Below the pieces are notes generated by a model, which searched no databases, was not told where the DNA came from, and worked only from the letters and a program-made list of their open reading frames with translations. 64,000 nt of DNA from Candidatus Kapaibacterium sp. Its GTDB lineage: Bacteria > Bacteroidota > Ignavibacteria > Kapaibacteriales > HRBIN21. Of this stretch, positions 49,760 through 59,816 are shown in pieces. The number at the start of each line of letters is the position of its first letter. The first letter of the stretch is position 1. The translations under genes and the position numbers were made by a program. The stretch spans positions 115,039 through 179,038 of the forward strand of contig CALKEU010000007.1 of assembly GCA_938084565.1 (NCBI GenBank), read 5' to 3'.

Positions 49760-52533
49760 GGCCGACGATAGCGGAACGGTACGACAGAGGGATCGGACTC
49801 CCGTCGTAAGCAGGCACGGAGAACTCTCCCGGCCCATGACGTAGACGGCTGAGCCGCAAGAGCCGCATACGCAGTCCGACGCAGAGCAGAGGGCTGCCGA
49901 GCAAGGAGCCGCTCCAGCCGCGCAAGCGACACAGTCGTATCCAGCGCATTCACAATCCAGCCGAGCATTCCACGGACGGAGGGCTGCAGAGGCAAGCGCC
50001 AGAGCTCTTCCACAAGGGCTATGGGCAAGTTCCCGCGCTGCTGTGCCCCTTGCAGAGCGGCTGCACGCACGATGGCACAGCTATCCCCCAGCATGCGGGC
50101 CCAGACCGCAAGAGGCTGCCGCGGCTGTAACCGCACAAGGGCATGAGCTGCCCGAGCCCGCACCAGCGGATGCGGATCTTCCAGACACTGCCGCAATTGC
50201 TCTTGAACGGCCGAATCCCCAATCTCTCCAAGACGAAGGGCAGCCATCGCACGGACGGTCCACCGCCGGTCCTGCAAGAGGATCTGTAAGGCTGGTACGG
50301 CTTCTCGCAGACGCAGTCTCCCTGCAACTGTAGCCATCAGAGCCAGTGTGCGCTCATTGTCCGAACGCAGCGAATCGAGCACAAGGCGTCGCAACGCAGC
50401 GCTATCGACGGCATCCAGCCGCGGAAGGATCTCCTCCAAGGCAAGTCGCTCACGAGCCGATTCTGTAGCGAGCTTGCGTGCCAGAAACGGTATAGCTGCA
50501 GCACCAAGAGCGGCTATGCGCTCGCGGGCTGGCTGGACAATGTATTGAAACTTCTGCGGAGCTGCCGATGCTTGAACGAACAAACTGTCCAAACTCTCCG
50601 CCAAGGGCATCCGCGCCGTATCGGGCACATCAATGCCAAGTCGCGGGGGTGGCGGCAGCGGCGGTACAAGGTCTCCATCGAACAACACCCCATAGGTAGA
50701 CTGCAGCCTCATCCACCGATTCCCGACCGTGTCAGCGTACCAGTCTGTGCCCTCAGCATCTAAGAAGAGCCCAAGACTACCGAAGTGGCGCCGATAGTCC
50801 CCAAAGCCCATCGTATTCGGACGGCGAGCCGCATAGGTATCGTTCCCATGCAAATCCACCAAAAGGGCTAGGCCATTAGCACTGGCTGCCCCCTGCGAGA
50901 GGCTTTCACAGAGATAGTGATCGTCTCCGGCAGCATCATAGAGGATGCCCACCGCAAAATCATGCCCGCACCCTTGCGAGACCCCGTGAGCGCTATAGAT
51001 ATCCTCCCCCTCCTCGTCCCACAGCAGCCCGAAGGCCAGATGTACGCCAGCTCCTTGGGCGTATTGATAGGCGACGTAGCGATCGTGACCAGCCCAATCG
51101 AGCACCGCACCGAGTCCATACCAGTAGCCGGTTCCCTGCCCGTAGATGTCGCACAGATAGGTATCATTGCCGGCACTATCGAGCAGCAGCCCTATACCGC
51201 CGGAGGCCAGAGGGCGATAGCCCAGTGCCGCCCCTTGGGCAAAGGTCACAAAGCGGTGCTCGTAACGGAGGACATCGACATAGGGACTCTGGGCAAGATA
51301 GACATCGTTGCCCGAATGATCTACAAGCGCTCCGTAACCACGAACAAAACCAAACCCCTGCCCCTGCGCCTGACACTGGTAGAGATCGTGGCCACCCCTA
51401 TCGATGAGCATTCCAAGCCCAAAGGCAGCCGCACCTTGAACGTGGATTCCGCCCACGTATCGGTCATATCCGGCCCCATCCCAGAGCACACCGAGTCCGG
51501 CAATTGCCGCACCCTGGGAGAAGTGCCGCGCCCGGTAGAGATCGTTGCCCTGCAGATCGATAAGGAAGCCGCACCCGAAGAATCCAGCCCCGAAAGCAAA
51601 GTCATCCCCCACGTAGAGGTCGTCTCCGCTGAGATCGATGATAACTCGGACAGGTCGAGCCAGCGCTTCTGCCTTCGTCAACGGTGGTAGCATATAGCGA
51701 TCATTGCCACCCACGTCCAAGATGAAGGTGAAGTCGCCAACGTACACATCATCGCCCGGGCCCCCAATGGCAATACGGCCAAAGGGGGTCTCGAACACAG
51801 TTGTGCGGATGCTATCCCGATACCGATCCAGGGGTGGGCTGTTCCGCTCTACCGTTGCCCAGAGAGCCCGCCAGAGAGAAACCATGGGCGCCAAGAGACG
51901 CCCCCACGGAACAGCAGCCGCAGCGGCAAAAAAGCGCTCTGCCCGCTTTCGAGCAGCTTCCTCGCGAGCCTTCAGTTCGAAGAGTGATGCCTCGGCATCC
52001 TCTTCGGAGAGCAGGAGCAACGTGTCAGCAACCTCCACCAAGAAGGGGAGCTCTCGTATACTACGGCGAATCGCCTCGATGTCCTTCCATGCCAGCACCA
52101 GCGGCCCTAGATACTGCCGGAGCGAGGTTGCAGCAATCAACCCAACGCGCTGCTCCAAGTTTACCCCCAACAGACTGTCGAGCTGGCGCGCTGAGAGCTG
52201 CTGTTCGTAGTAGCGCGGGCTATAGTCCTCCATGGCCAGAGACCGAAACCACCGTCGCGCCGCTTCATCGAGCACAGCTGGGCGCAGTTGCAGAAGGTGT
52301 CTAGCTTCGTGAGAAAGCATCGAGAACACCTGCAGAGGATGCTGAAAGAGCGCTGCTATCTCGGCAAGCCGATGACTATCGGCTGGGGTAATATCGCCGG
52401 GCAGCCACAGATCGTGCCGGGCCATGCCCAGGAGTGCCAGCGCAGAATCTATGACACGCAGAGCCTCCGGCCGTAGTTCCTGAGCCTGAACCACCGCGGC
52501 AAGGCCCAATGCAACAAGTATACCCCTATGCAT
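49756..52533 (-). CDS. Secreted protein with Gly/Asp repeat solenoid and HEAT repeats
   Basis: Signal peptide; about 12 GxGxLxDxxGxDxY repeats; C-terminal HEAT-like repeats (VRAMAALRLG, VRARAAHAL). Confidence 0.75.
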   Translation of the reverse strand: MHRGILVALGLAAVVQAQELRPEALRVIDSALALLGMARHDLWLPGDITPADSHRLAEIAALFQHPLQVFSMLSHEARHLLQLRPAVLDEAARRWFRSLAMEDYSPRYYEQQLSARQLDSLLGVNLEQRVGLIAATSLRQYLGPLVLAWKDIEAIRRSIRELPFLVEVADTLLLLSEEDAEASLFELKAREEAARKRAERFFAAAAAVPWGRLLAPMVSLWRALWATVERNSPPLDRYRDSIRTTVFETPFGRIAIGGPGDDVYVGDFTFILDVGGNDRYMLPPLTKAEALARPVRVIIDLSGDDLYVGDDFAFGAGFFGCGFLIDLQGNDLYRARHFSQGAAIAGLGVLWDGAGYDRYVGGIHVQGAAAFGLGMLIDRGGHDLYQCQAQGQGFGFVRGYGALVDHSGNDVYLAQSPYVDVLRYEHRFVTFAQGAALGYRPLASGGIGLLLDSAGNDTYLCDIYGQGTGYWYGLGAVLDWAGHDRYVAYQYAQGAGVHLAFGLLWDEEGEDIYSAHGVSQGCGHDFAVGILYDAAGDDHYLCESLSQGAASANGLALLVDLHGNDTYAARRPNTMGFGDYRRHFGSLGLFLDAEGTDWYADTVGNRWMRLQSTYGVLFDGDLVPPLPPPPRLGIDVPDTARMPLAESLDSLFVQASAAPQKFQYIVQPARERIAALGAAAIPFLARKLATESARERLALEEILPRLDAVDSAALRRLVLDSLRSDNERTLALMATVAGRLRLREAVPALQILLQDRRWTVRAMAALRLGEIGDSAVQEQLRQCLEDPHPLVRARAAHALVRLQPRQPLAVWARMLGDSCAIVRAAALQGAQQRGNLPIALVEELWRLPLQPSVRGMLGWIVNALDTTVSLARLERLLARQPSALRRTAYAALAAQPSTSWAGRVLRACLRRESDPSVVPFRYRRP

Positions 52534-53668
52534 CGCCTGTCCCTCCATTACCACGCTCCCGCTCAGCAAACACCGGTTGCTCCCGCAGCAGAATCACGTG
52601 TATATCGTCTCCACTGTGCAAGACTGCCTGCACGGAGAAGCGCCATGCTTGCTCCAACGACTCCACTGCCCATCCCTCGAAGGGATGGCGTCCGCGGCCA
52701 ATCACTAGCGGAGCAATGAATACATGGAGCTCATCGAGCAGCCGGTGGCGCAAGCAAGAGGAGAGGACCGCTGCACCCCCTTCGACCAACACGGAGGCAA
52801 TCTGGAATTGCTCCGACAGCCGCCGAAAGACCGTCGGCAGATGCAAATGCCCCTCCTCATCGATGGGAACCTCCAGGAGCTGAACCCCACTGTGCCGCAG
52901 CGTCTCTGCCTTCCGGGTCTGAAGCGCTGCTGGGGAGGTGCACAGAATCGTGCGCTCACGATACTCGTCGGCAAAGACAAAACTCATCATCGGCAGCTGC
53001 AGCTGCGTATCCAACACAACACGCCAGGGCTGGCGCCCCGGCACGGCTCGGACGGTCAGGTGTGGGTTGTCACGGAAGACCGTATTCTTGCCTACTAGGA
53101 CAGCATCCAGCTCTGTCCGCAGAGCATGGACCCGGCGCCGACTCTCCTCGCCCGTAATCCACCGTGACTCTCCATTGGGCAGGGCAATGCAGCCATCGAG
53201 CGACTGGGCAACTTTGCCCACAACGTACGGCATCCCGCTGACGATGTGCTTGGCAAAGTACCGATTCAGCCACCAACACTCCCGCTCCAACACCCCTATG
53301 CGGACTTCGACGCCAGCCTGCCGTAACTGCTCCACCCCTTTGCCAGCAACCAAGGGGTTGGGATCGAGCATGCCGATGACGACTCGTGCAACCCCGCTGG
53401 CCAGAATACGCGGAACACATGGCGGGGTCTTCCCTTCGTGCACACACGGCTCCAGAGTCACCACCAGAGTAGCCCCCCGAGCTTCCTGGCCGGCTTGCTC
53501 GAGCGCCATAATCTCAGCATGTGGTGCACCGTAAGCAGCGTGCCACCCTTCAGCCACAATGCGCCCTTCCTTGACAATAACACACCCGACCCGCGGATTC
53601 GGGCTGACCCGCCCCGTTCCCCGGAGTGCAAGCTCCAGGGCACGGCGCATCGCATGCTCGTCAGTCAT
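52526..53668 (-). CDS. ribD: Bifunctional riboflavin deaminase/reductase
   Basis: PNPRVGCV, HAE, LEPC..TPPC, SLDG, VEGG. Confidence 0.96.
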   Translation of the reverse strand: MTDEHAMRRALELALRGTGRVSPNPRVGCVIVKEGRIVAEGWHAAYGAPHAEIMALEQAGQEARGATLVVTLEPCVHEGKTPPCVPRILASGVARVVIGMLDPNPLVAGKGVEQLRQAGVEVRIGVLERECWWLNRYFAKHIVSGMPYVVGKVAQSLDGCIALPNGESRWITGEESRRRVHALRTELDAVLVGKNTVFRDNPHLTVRAVPGRQPWRVVLDTQLQLPMMSFVFADEYRERTILCTSPAALQTRKAETLRHSGVQLLEVPIDEEGHLHLPTVFRRLSEQFQIASVLVEGGAAVLSSCLRHRLLDELHVFIAPLVIGRGRHPFEGWAVESLEQAWRFSVQAVLHSGDDIHVILLREQPVFAERERGNGGTGDA

Positions 53669-54453
53669 GGCTTCGAGTGCCATTGCAATGGAACTACCAC
53701 GCTGTACGAGCGCGGCCGGACCGGCAAGCTCAGATGTACCTCATACACTCCCGGAGATGGCCGCTGACCTGTTCCCAGACGACCATGCCAGCGGTATTCA
53801 TAGACATGCTCAGCACCGACCTCCGTCGGCTCAACGGCCCCAATGACCTGCAGGAATGCAACTCCATCCTGCGACCCCCACAACCGCTTGCCTCCCGCAA
53901 AGAGCTCGACCCGGAGGCGCTCCGAGCTCGGGAAGTACTCCCCCTCAACAGGCCGAAGCCGACGTGCACGCACTCGGAAGAGCACCCCTTGGCTATCTAC
54001 CTCCAGCTCGGGGGCCAGCTCGAGCGCACCATCGATGTGCCATCGCTGTACCCACCTCTTCTGCCGGACAACTCTGCTGGAGCTCTCTAGCTCGTAATCC
54101 AGCAGGACCCGTGCCGGGATCGTAGCCGGTGCCCGCTGCAGCAAGGCCTCCCCCTGGAGCACAAGCGAAGCTTCCCCGGATTCATGAGCCATACCGCCCA
54201 CATTGGGCACAAGAGTGGCTTCCCCGAGCAGTTCCCCTTCAGGCGAGCGAAGTGCTACATGGATGCGCTGCACCGAGCGCAGAGCCTGGCGCTCCGCCTC
54301 CCGATGCGCCCCTGCCCACAGGCTCAACCGCACCCCCGTATCGGTTGTCTGCAGCTTCCACTCCAACACGGGCATCCCTACCTCCTTCCGTTCAGCTCGG
54401 CAGCACAGCAGGAGCACGCCGAGCACCATCACACCGTACGCCTTCCCGCTCAT
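53665..54453 (-). CDS. Putative lipoprotein with BsuPI-like (proteinase-inhibitor) domain
   Basis: Lipobox-like LLCC; FPSSER..LW.S..AFLQVI..W.G..PGVY pattern. Confidence 0.5.
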   Translation of the reverse strand: MSGKAYGVMVLGVLLLCCRAERKEVGMPVLEWKLQTTDTGVRLSLWAGAHREAERQALRSVQRIHVALRSPEGELLGEATLVPNVGGMAHESGEASLVLQGEALLQRAPATIPARVLLDYELESSSRVVRQKRWVQRWHIDGALELAPELEVDSQGVLFRVRARRLRPVEGEYFPSSERLRVELFAGGKRLWGSQDGVAFLQVIGAVEPTEVGAEHVYEYRWHGRLGTGQRPSPGVYEVHLSLPVRPRSYSVVVPLQWHSKP

Positions 54454-55433
54454 ACGGACAGAAGCCGTAGCTGTTGCTCAATCTGCTCCGCTAAGCGCAG
54501 TACCTCAAGGGTCTGCTCACTCGGTATGGCCGGGGGAGCTTCCCCGAGAATAGAGCGCACGAAGGCACGCTGTTCCTCCCAGAGTGGATCTCCTGCCGGC
54601 ACGAGACAGCGACGCCGTACGATCATCCGCCGCAGGCCATCTTCGGCCACCCACTCGGCAAGGTACTCCTCACCTTCAGCAAGCGTATGGGAACCCCAGC
54701 GCATCACTACCTGTTCGACCGACTGCTCGGCAAAATCCACCGCCACATAGCTTGAGGCCTGGAAGAGACGCATCTTGCGCAGGAATTTCGCCGAAATCCT
54801 CGACGCCGTCACATTCGCAATGCACCCATCAGCAAACCGGAGCCGAGCGTTCGCAATGTCCGGCATCGAGGTCAGCACTGCTACTCCATGGACCTCAAAG
54901 TGCTCGACAGGGCGCTGCAAGAGCGCTAACAGCAAATCCAGGTCGTGGATCATCACATCTAGCACGACCGATACATCCGTCGAGCGCGGACGGAAAGGAT
55001 GCAAGCGGTGGATCTCCACAAACCGTGGAGCTACTGCCTGCTGCTGCAGCCAACTGAACGCCGCATTGAAGCGCTCAACATGCCCTGCCATCAGCACGCG
55101 CCCCTGCTGGCGAGCCTTCCGCACAAGCTCCTCAGCTTCTGCAGCCGAGACCGCCAATGGCTTCTCCACCAGACAATGGCAGCCTGCGTCGAGCGCTTGA
55201 CTGGCCAGAGCAGCATGGGTACGGCTTGGTGTTGCAATCGTGACGGCATCCGCAGCAGCCAAAAGTTCCTCAAGCTCCCTGAAGGCCCGCACCCCATATT
55301 CAGCTGCACGGCGCTGCAGCCGCTCTCGATCGATATCGTAAATCCCCACCACGCGCACACCCTCGTGACGGCACCACTTCTGCAGGTGCAGTGTGCCCAT
55401 GTGGCCAACACCGATGACAGCAACCCGAATCAC
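54450..55433 (-). CDS. Gfo/Idh/MocA oxidoreductase (GnnA-like)
   Basis: GVGHMG, VEKP, GHVERFN, DVSVVLDVMIHDLD. Confidence 0.85.
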   Translation of the reverse strand: MIRVAVIGVGHMGTLHLQKWCRHEGVRVVGIYDIDRERLQRRAAEYGVRAFRELEELLAAADAVTIATPSRTHAALASQALDAGCHCLVEKPLAVSAAEAEELVRKARQQGRVLMAGHVERFNAAFSWLQQQAVAPRFVEIHRLHPFRPRSTDVSVVLDVMIHDLDLLLALLQRPVEHFEVHGVAVLTSMPDIANARLRFADGCIANVTASRISAKFLRKMRLFQASSYVAVDFAEQSVEQVVMRWGSHTLAEGEEYLAEWVAEDGLRRMIVRRRCLVPAGDPLWEEQRAFVRSILGEAPPAIPSEQTLEVLRLAEQIEQQLRLLSV

Positions 55434-56326
55434 GGCTCCTCAGCCCGAGGATGTGCTTGCCGATAAGCCCGGCGCACGTGCTCGAGAGAAACGTGCGTAT
55501 ACTTTTGCGTACTGGCCAGCGAGACATGTCCCAGCATCTGGCTTACCGCTACCATGTCGGCTCCCCGTTCCCAGAGGTGCGTCGCAAAGCTATGGCGCAG
55601 CACATGAGGCCCCTTCTGATGCCCTATGGGGAGCTGTTCCAGAACCTGACGTACCCAGCGGTACACGACACTCTGGCTCAATCGCCCACCCCGTAGCCCT
55701 ACGAAGAGCTCCTCATGGCGCGGAGCCAACTGCGGCCGTACCTCTATGTACTGCCGGAGTGCCTCCACAGCCTTTCCCGCTATGGGGACAAGGCGTTCTT
55801 TGCCCCCCTTGCCCAAAACCCGCAAAAGCCCGCGCTCCCATAGCACGTCGCTGAGCCGCAGAGCGATGAGCTCACTGACCCGAAGCCCACAGCCGTAGAG
55901 CACCTCCAGCACGGCAGCACGAAGACGGTCGCTTGGGGTTTCTCGTGGTAGCCTGTCTAATGCCTCGCAGAGCTGCTCCTGCGGAACGATGCTCATAAGA
56001 GGCTTGTCTGCCCGCGGGGTTGGAAGATATCGAGCCAGATCCCTCGAGACCCACCCCTGCTGGGCAGCGAAGCGCAAAAATGCTCTGACGGCCGCTACCT
56101 TCAACTGTATCGAGCGGCGCTGAAGTCCACCGTCATGTAACCACCCGGGAAACTGTCGCACCAGCCGGACCGTCAGCTGCTCAAGACCCCCTTCTGCCTG
56201 GACGCTGTCGCGCAGATACTGCTGAAACTGCCGAAGCGCAATCGTATACGCTCGCACACTTTGGCGACTATATCCGCGCTGCTGCAAGGCAGCCAGAAAG
56301 CGCTTCACCTGCTCTTCCAGCTCCAT
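55430..56326 (-). CDS. xerC: Tyrosine recombinase XerC-like
   Basis: GLRVSEL, GKGGKER, HVLRHSFATH, LGH..STQKY. Confidence 0.8.
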   Translation of the reverse strand: MELEEQVKRFLAALQQRGYSRQSVRAYTIALRQFQQYLRDSVQAEGGLEQLTVRLVRQFPGWLHDGGLQRRSIQLKVAAVRAFLRFAAQQGWVSRDLARYLPTPRADKPLMSIVPQEQLCEALDRLPRETPSDRLRAAVLEVLYGCGLRVSELIALRLSDVLWERGLLRVLGKGGKERLVPIAGKAVEALRQYIEVRPQLAPRHEELFVGLRGGRLSQSVVYRWVRQVLEQLPIGHQKGPHVLRHSFATHLWERGADMVAVSQMLGHVSLASTQKYTHVSLEHVRRAYRQAHPRAEEP

Positions 56327-56359
56327 TCAGCCCTTCCTCCGGAACACCTCTGGGAGAGG

Positions 56360-56367
56360 CAAAAATA
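56360..56367 (-). promoter_or_regulatory. Putative TAnnTTTG promoter element
   Basis: TATTTTTG about 34 nt upstream of xerC. Confidence 0.55.
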
Positions 56368-56390
56368 CGCTCTCCTCCACGGTGCTTTTG

Positions 56391-57887
56391 CTACGGCAGC
56401 GTCTCTGCTCCATAGTGCAGCCGGTAAACAGCCGTACAGCCATAAAACCCACGTGGCAGCCGTTCAGCCGCCCACTGACCAAGACGCTCAAAGCGAATCC
56501 CCCCGACAACTACCACAGGCTCGGTACGCTGGAGCACCTCGGCCAGCAGACTTTGCCGCAGAAAAGGACGCCTCCAAACCGCCTCGTTGGCTACCCAATA
56601 CCGAGGACGCCAGCGCCAGAGGAAGCTCGTCACATCAGCCGTTTTCAGATACGGGGCAATCTTGCCATCGGTTACCCCATCCAAACTCAACACCCGCAGG
56701 TCTGGCCGAAGCCAGAACCGAATCTGTACCTCGTAGGCTAACACCCACGCTCCTGGCTCTGCAAGTGCATTGAGGAATTCCGCACACGGGCGTTCGGTCA
56801 CTACGGCGAAGTCATATCCCCGACGCCGGTCATCCCAAGCCTTTAACAGCACGTTCGCCACAAGGAGCACTATCACAATCGTGGGAACAATCTGCATCGA
56901 CCTCCTGTGCATACCCCATCGTTGCATCTCCCGTAGCGCTAAAGACGCAAGGAGAGGAGCAATCGGGGCCATGTAACGGGCTGAGTTGAGCGGTGCCACA
57001 ACGACGAAGAACAGGAGGTAGAGCAGCACAGCAAGTCCAGAAAACCACTGCTCTGCATCCCACCGACGCCAGGAGCGCAGGAGAGCTCCACTGGCCGCCG
57101 CAGCGATGAGAACGAATCCGCTGCGGATAAACTCCAGCAGAAAGGAGCCAGACAGATGAACGAATGCCCCAATCCGGAATTCCGCCATCTCCCGCAGCGC
57201 AAAGGAACGACAGTAGCTCGAGGCTGAGAAATTCCCTGTCAGCACCTGCATAGCACCGTAGTAGGCTATCGGTACAGCAGCTCCAGCAAGCAAGCAGAAA
57301 AACGCTCTCCATCGCCGCTGGAGTAGCAAAACGGCTCCGGCGGCCACCACCAGCAGCCCCATTTCCGGCCGTATGAGAGGTGTCACCGCACTCAGGAGCG
57401 CAAGAAGCCATTTCCGACCTCCCTCTGGATGGCTCCCTGGTGGGAAGACGTATGTCCACGCCATACCTCCTAAGGCAGCAAGCGGCGTTTCGTATCCCAG
57501 GAATCCAGCTGGAGCAACACAGTAGGCCACTGCCAGGGCTGGGAGTAAGGCTTCCTCTGGCCGAGCCCCTCGATGCTGTGCCCAGATGAAGGCAGCCACC
57601 ACCGCCACGATAGTAGCAATCCCACCGGCAATTTTCAGTCCGTGCACCCCCACGATCGCCCACCACGGCGCTACCCACACCACCCAGAGCGGGCTGGTTG
57701 CCCCCGAGGAAAGCTCCCCAGGGTTGAAGTTCATCCACCTTCCCTCCTCCACCAACGCCCGCACATACGGGAGGTAAATTGCCGCATCCCCGTGCCAGAC
57801 CGGTAGATAGAGGTAGCTCAACCCCACCAACCATAGCACTATAGGCACTGTCGCTGTCCACCCAGCCGGCATGACTCCCTCCGACAC
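56391..57887 (-). CDS. Polytopic membrane protein, GT-C glycosyltransferase-like
   Basis: First loop GDAAIY..FNPGE..GATSPLW, IRPE, RY motif, about 10 TMs and a soluble C-terminal domain. Confidence 0.6.
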   Translation of the reverse strand: MSEGVMPAGWTATVPIVLWLVGLSYLYLPVWHGDAAIYLPYVRALVEEGRWMNFNPGELSSGATSPLWVVWVAPWWAIVGVHGLKIAGGIATIVAVVAAFIWAQHRGARPEEALLPALAVAYCVAPAGFLGYETPLAALGGMAWTYVFPPGSHPEGGRKWLLALLSAVTPLIRPEMGLLVVAAGAVLLLQRRWRAFFCLLAGAAVPIAYYGAMQVLTGNFSASSYCRSFALREMAEFRIGAFVHLSGSFLLEFIRSGFVLIAAAASGALLRSWRRWDAEQWFSGLAVLLYLLFFVVVAPLNSARYMAPIAPLLASLALREMQRWGMHRRSMQIVPTIVIVLLVANVLLKAWDDRRRGYDFAVVTERPCAEFLNALAEPGAWVLAYEVQIRFWLRPDLRVLSLDGVTDGKIAPYLKTADVTSFLWRWRPRYWVANEAVWRRPFLRQSLLAEVLQRTEPVVVVGGIRFERLGQWAAERLPRGFYGCTAVYRLHYGAETLP

Positions 57888-57947
57888 AGGAATGTCAAAT
57901 TACACCCTGCTCCATCTCCCCCGGCCCTGCTTCCTCGATGGAGCTCC

Positions 57948-57955
57948 TATTTTTG
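57948..57955 (+). promoter_or_regulatory. Putative TAnnTTTG promoter element
   Basis: TATTTTTG about 29 nt upstream of glmS. Confidence 0.55.
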
Positions 57956-57983
57956 TCTGTGTTCCCCGGCGGAAGCGCAGACC

Positions 57984-59816
57984 ATGTGTGGTATCATTGG
58001 CTATATCGGCCACCGGCGGGCTCTCCCCCTTCTCCTGAACGGGCTCAAGCGGCTGGAATATCGCGGCTACGACTCAGCCGGCATCGCAGTACCGCATGGC
58101 CATGGCCTCTACATTGCTAAGCGTGCCGGCACAGTTGCCCAACTAGCGGCTATGGTTGATTCGCTCGATCTACCCGCTACGATGGGCATCGGCCATACGC
58201 GCTGGGCAACCCATGGAGAACCCAGCGACCGCAATGCCCATCCGCACACCGACGCTTCCAGACGGATTGCCATCGTCCACAACGGCATCATCGAAAACTA
58301 CGCTACTCTCAAGGCTAAACTCCAGCAAGACGGCTACACCTTCCATTCGGATACCGATACCGAAGTCCTGGCCGTCTTCATTGGGGCTCTCTATGAGCAG
58401 TACGGGGATCTGGAGCTGGCCGTCCGCGCAGCTCTCTCGGAAGTTCGTGGCACATTTGGTCTGGTGGTGCTCTCGGCCGATCACCCTGACATCCTGATCG
58501 CAGCCCGGCGTGGCAGTCCTATTGTGATCGGGATTGGGGATGGCGAATACATCGTTGCCTCCGACGCCACCGCCATTGTCGAATACACTCGCTCGGTCTT
58601 CTACCTCACCGATGATGAAATGGCGCTCCTGACCCGTTCAGGCTGCCAGACAAAGACCATCGATGACATTCCCACCTCAGCTCAACTGCTCGAGCTTGAG
58701 TTCGACCTGGAGCGCATCGAGAAGGGGGGCTTTCCTCACTTCATGCTCAAGGAGATCCACGAGCAACCGCAGACATTCTGGGACGCCTGTCGCGGCCGGC
58801 TGCTGGCTCTGGAAGGGAACATCAAACTCGGTGGCCTCCGCAGCGTCGAGGATACATTGCGCCGAGCCCGACGCCTCATCCTGACCGGCTGTGGGACCTC
58901 CTGGCACGCAGCACTTGTGGGAGAATACTGGATCGAGGAGCTTGCGCGCATACCCGTGGAGGTCGAGTACGCCTCTGAATTCCGCTACCGCAACCCCGTC
59001 CTCTCCTCTGACGATATCGTCATCGCCATCTCCCAGAGCGGAGAAACAGCCGATACCTTGGCTGCTGTTCGCGAGGCCAAACTGCGTGGCGCAACAGTCC
59101 TTGGAATCGTCAATGTTGTCGGAAGCTCGATTGCTCGCGAAACCCACGCCGGCGTCTACATCCACGCCGGCCCAGAGATCGGGGTTGCATCCACGAAAGC
59201 TTTCACCTCCCAACTTGTCGTCCTGATGCTACTGGCTCTCTATCTGGGTCGAATGCGCCACCTTTCGGCCACCCAAGCTCGCGAGATTGCCGAAGAAATG
59301 CTCCGGCTCCCGGATAAGATGCGGAGCATCCTGGAACGGAGCCAATCCATCCACTCGATCGCCTGCCAGTATGCCCACGCCCAGCACTTCCTCTATCTCG
59401 GCCGCGGGGTCAACTTCCCCATTGCCCTGGAAGGAGCGCTCAAGATGAAGGAAATTTCGTACATCCACGCCGAGGGTTACCCAGCTGCCGAGATGAAGCA
59501 CGGCCCCATTGCACTCATCGATGAGAACATGCCCGTGGTAATCATCGCTCCTCGAGATGAACTCTACGAAAAGGTGCTCTCCAACATGGAGGAAATCCGT
59601 GCTCGGCGCGGGCAAATTATTGCCATTGCCAACGACAACGATCCCGACATTGCACGCCACGCAACCCACGTTATCCCAATCCCGGAAACTCTCCCATTGC
59701 TGACGCCCTTTTTGACCGTCCTTCCCCTCCAGCTTCTAGCTTACTACGCCGCCGTCGAACGAGGATGCAACGTGGATATGCCGCGGCACCTAGCCAAGAG
59801 CGTTACGGTGGAGTAA
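57984..59816 (+). CDS. glmS: Glutamine-fructose-6-phosphate aminotransferase
   Basis: MCGIIG, EYRGYDSAG, GHTRWATHG, SQSGET, KHGP, LAKSVTVE. Confidence 0.98.
   Translation: MCGIIGYIGHRRALPLLLNGLKRLEYRGYDSAGIAVPHGHGLYIAKRAGTVAQLAAMVDSLDLPATMGIGHTRWATHGEPSDRNAHPHTDASRRIAIVHNGIIENYATLKAKLQQDGYTFHSDTDTEVLAVFIGALYEQYGDLELAVRAALSEVRGTFGLVVLSADHPDILIAARRGSPIVIGIGDGEYIVASDATAIVEYTRSVFYLTDDEMALLTRSGCQTKTIDDIPTSAQLLELEFDLERIEKGGFPHFMLKEIHEQPQTFWDACRGRLLALEGNIKLGGLRSVEDTLRRARRLILTGCGTSWHAALVGEYWIEELARIPVEVEYASEFRYRNPVLSSDDIVIAISQSGETADTLAAVREAKLRGATVLGIVNVVGSSIARETHAGVYIHAGPEIGVASTKAFTSQLVVLMLLALYLGRMRHLSATQAREIAEEMLRLPDKMRSILERSQSIHSIACQYAHAQHFLYLGRGVNFPIALEGALKMKEISYIHAEGYPAAEMKHGPIALIDENMPVVIIAPRDELYEKVLSNMEEIRARRGQIIAIANDNDPDIARHATHVIPIPETLPLLTPFLTVLPLQLLAYYAAVERGCNVDMPRHLAKSVTVE

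Noticed and set aside
55430..56326. Tyrosine recombinase as a prophage or island integrase
   Set aside because: About 300 aa with XerC-type motifs, overlapping a housekeeping operon; no att repeats, cargo or dif-like site seen.
56830..57861. 343-aa alternative-frame ORF inside the GT-C-like gene
   Set aside because: Low-complexity Gly/Cys/Ser composition; the other frame has coherent TM helices and family motifs.
57888..57983. Possible glmS ribozyme or leader riboswitch (hairpins GCTCCATC/GATGGAGC and GTCTG/CAGAC)
   Set aside because: The region is too short and lacks the ribozyme core; the promoter motif at 57948 implies a leader of only about 20 nt.
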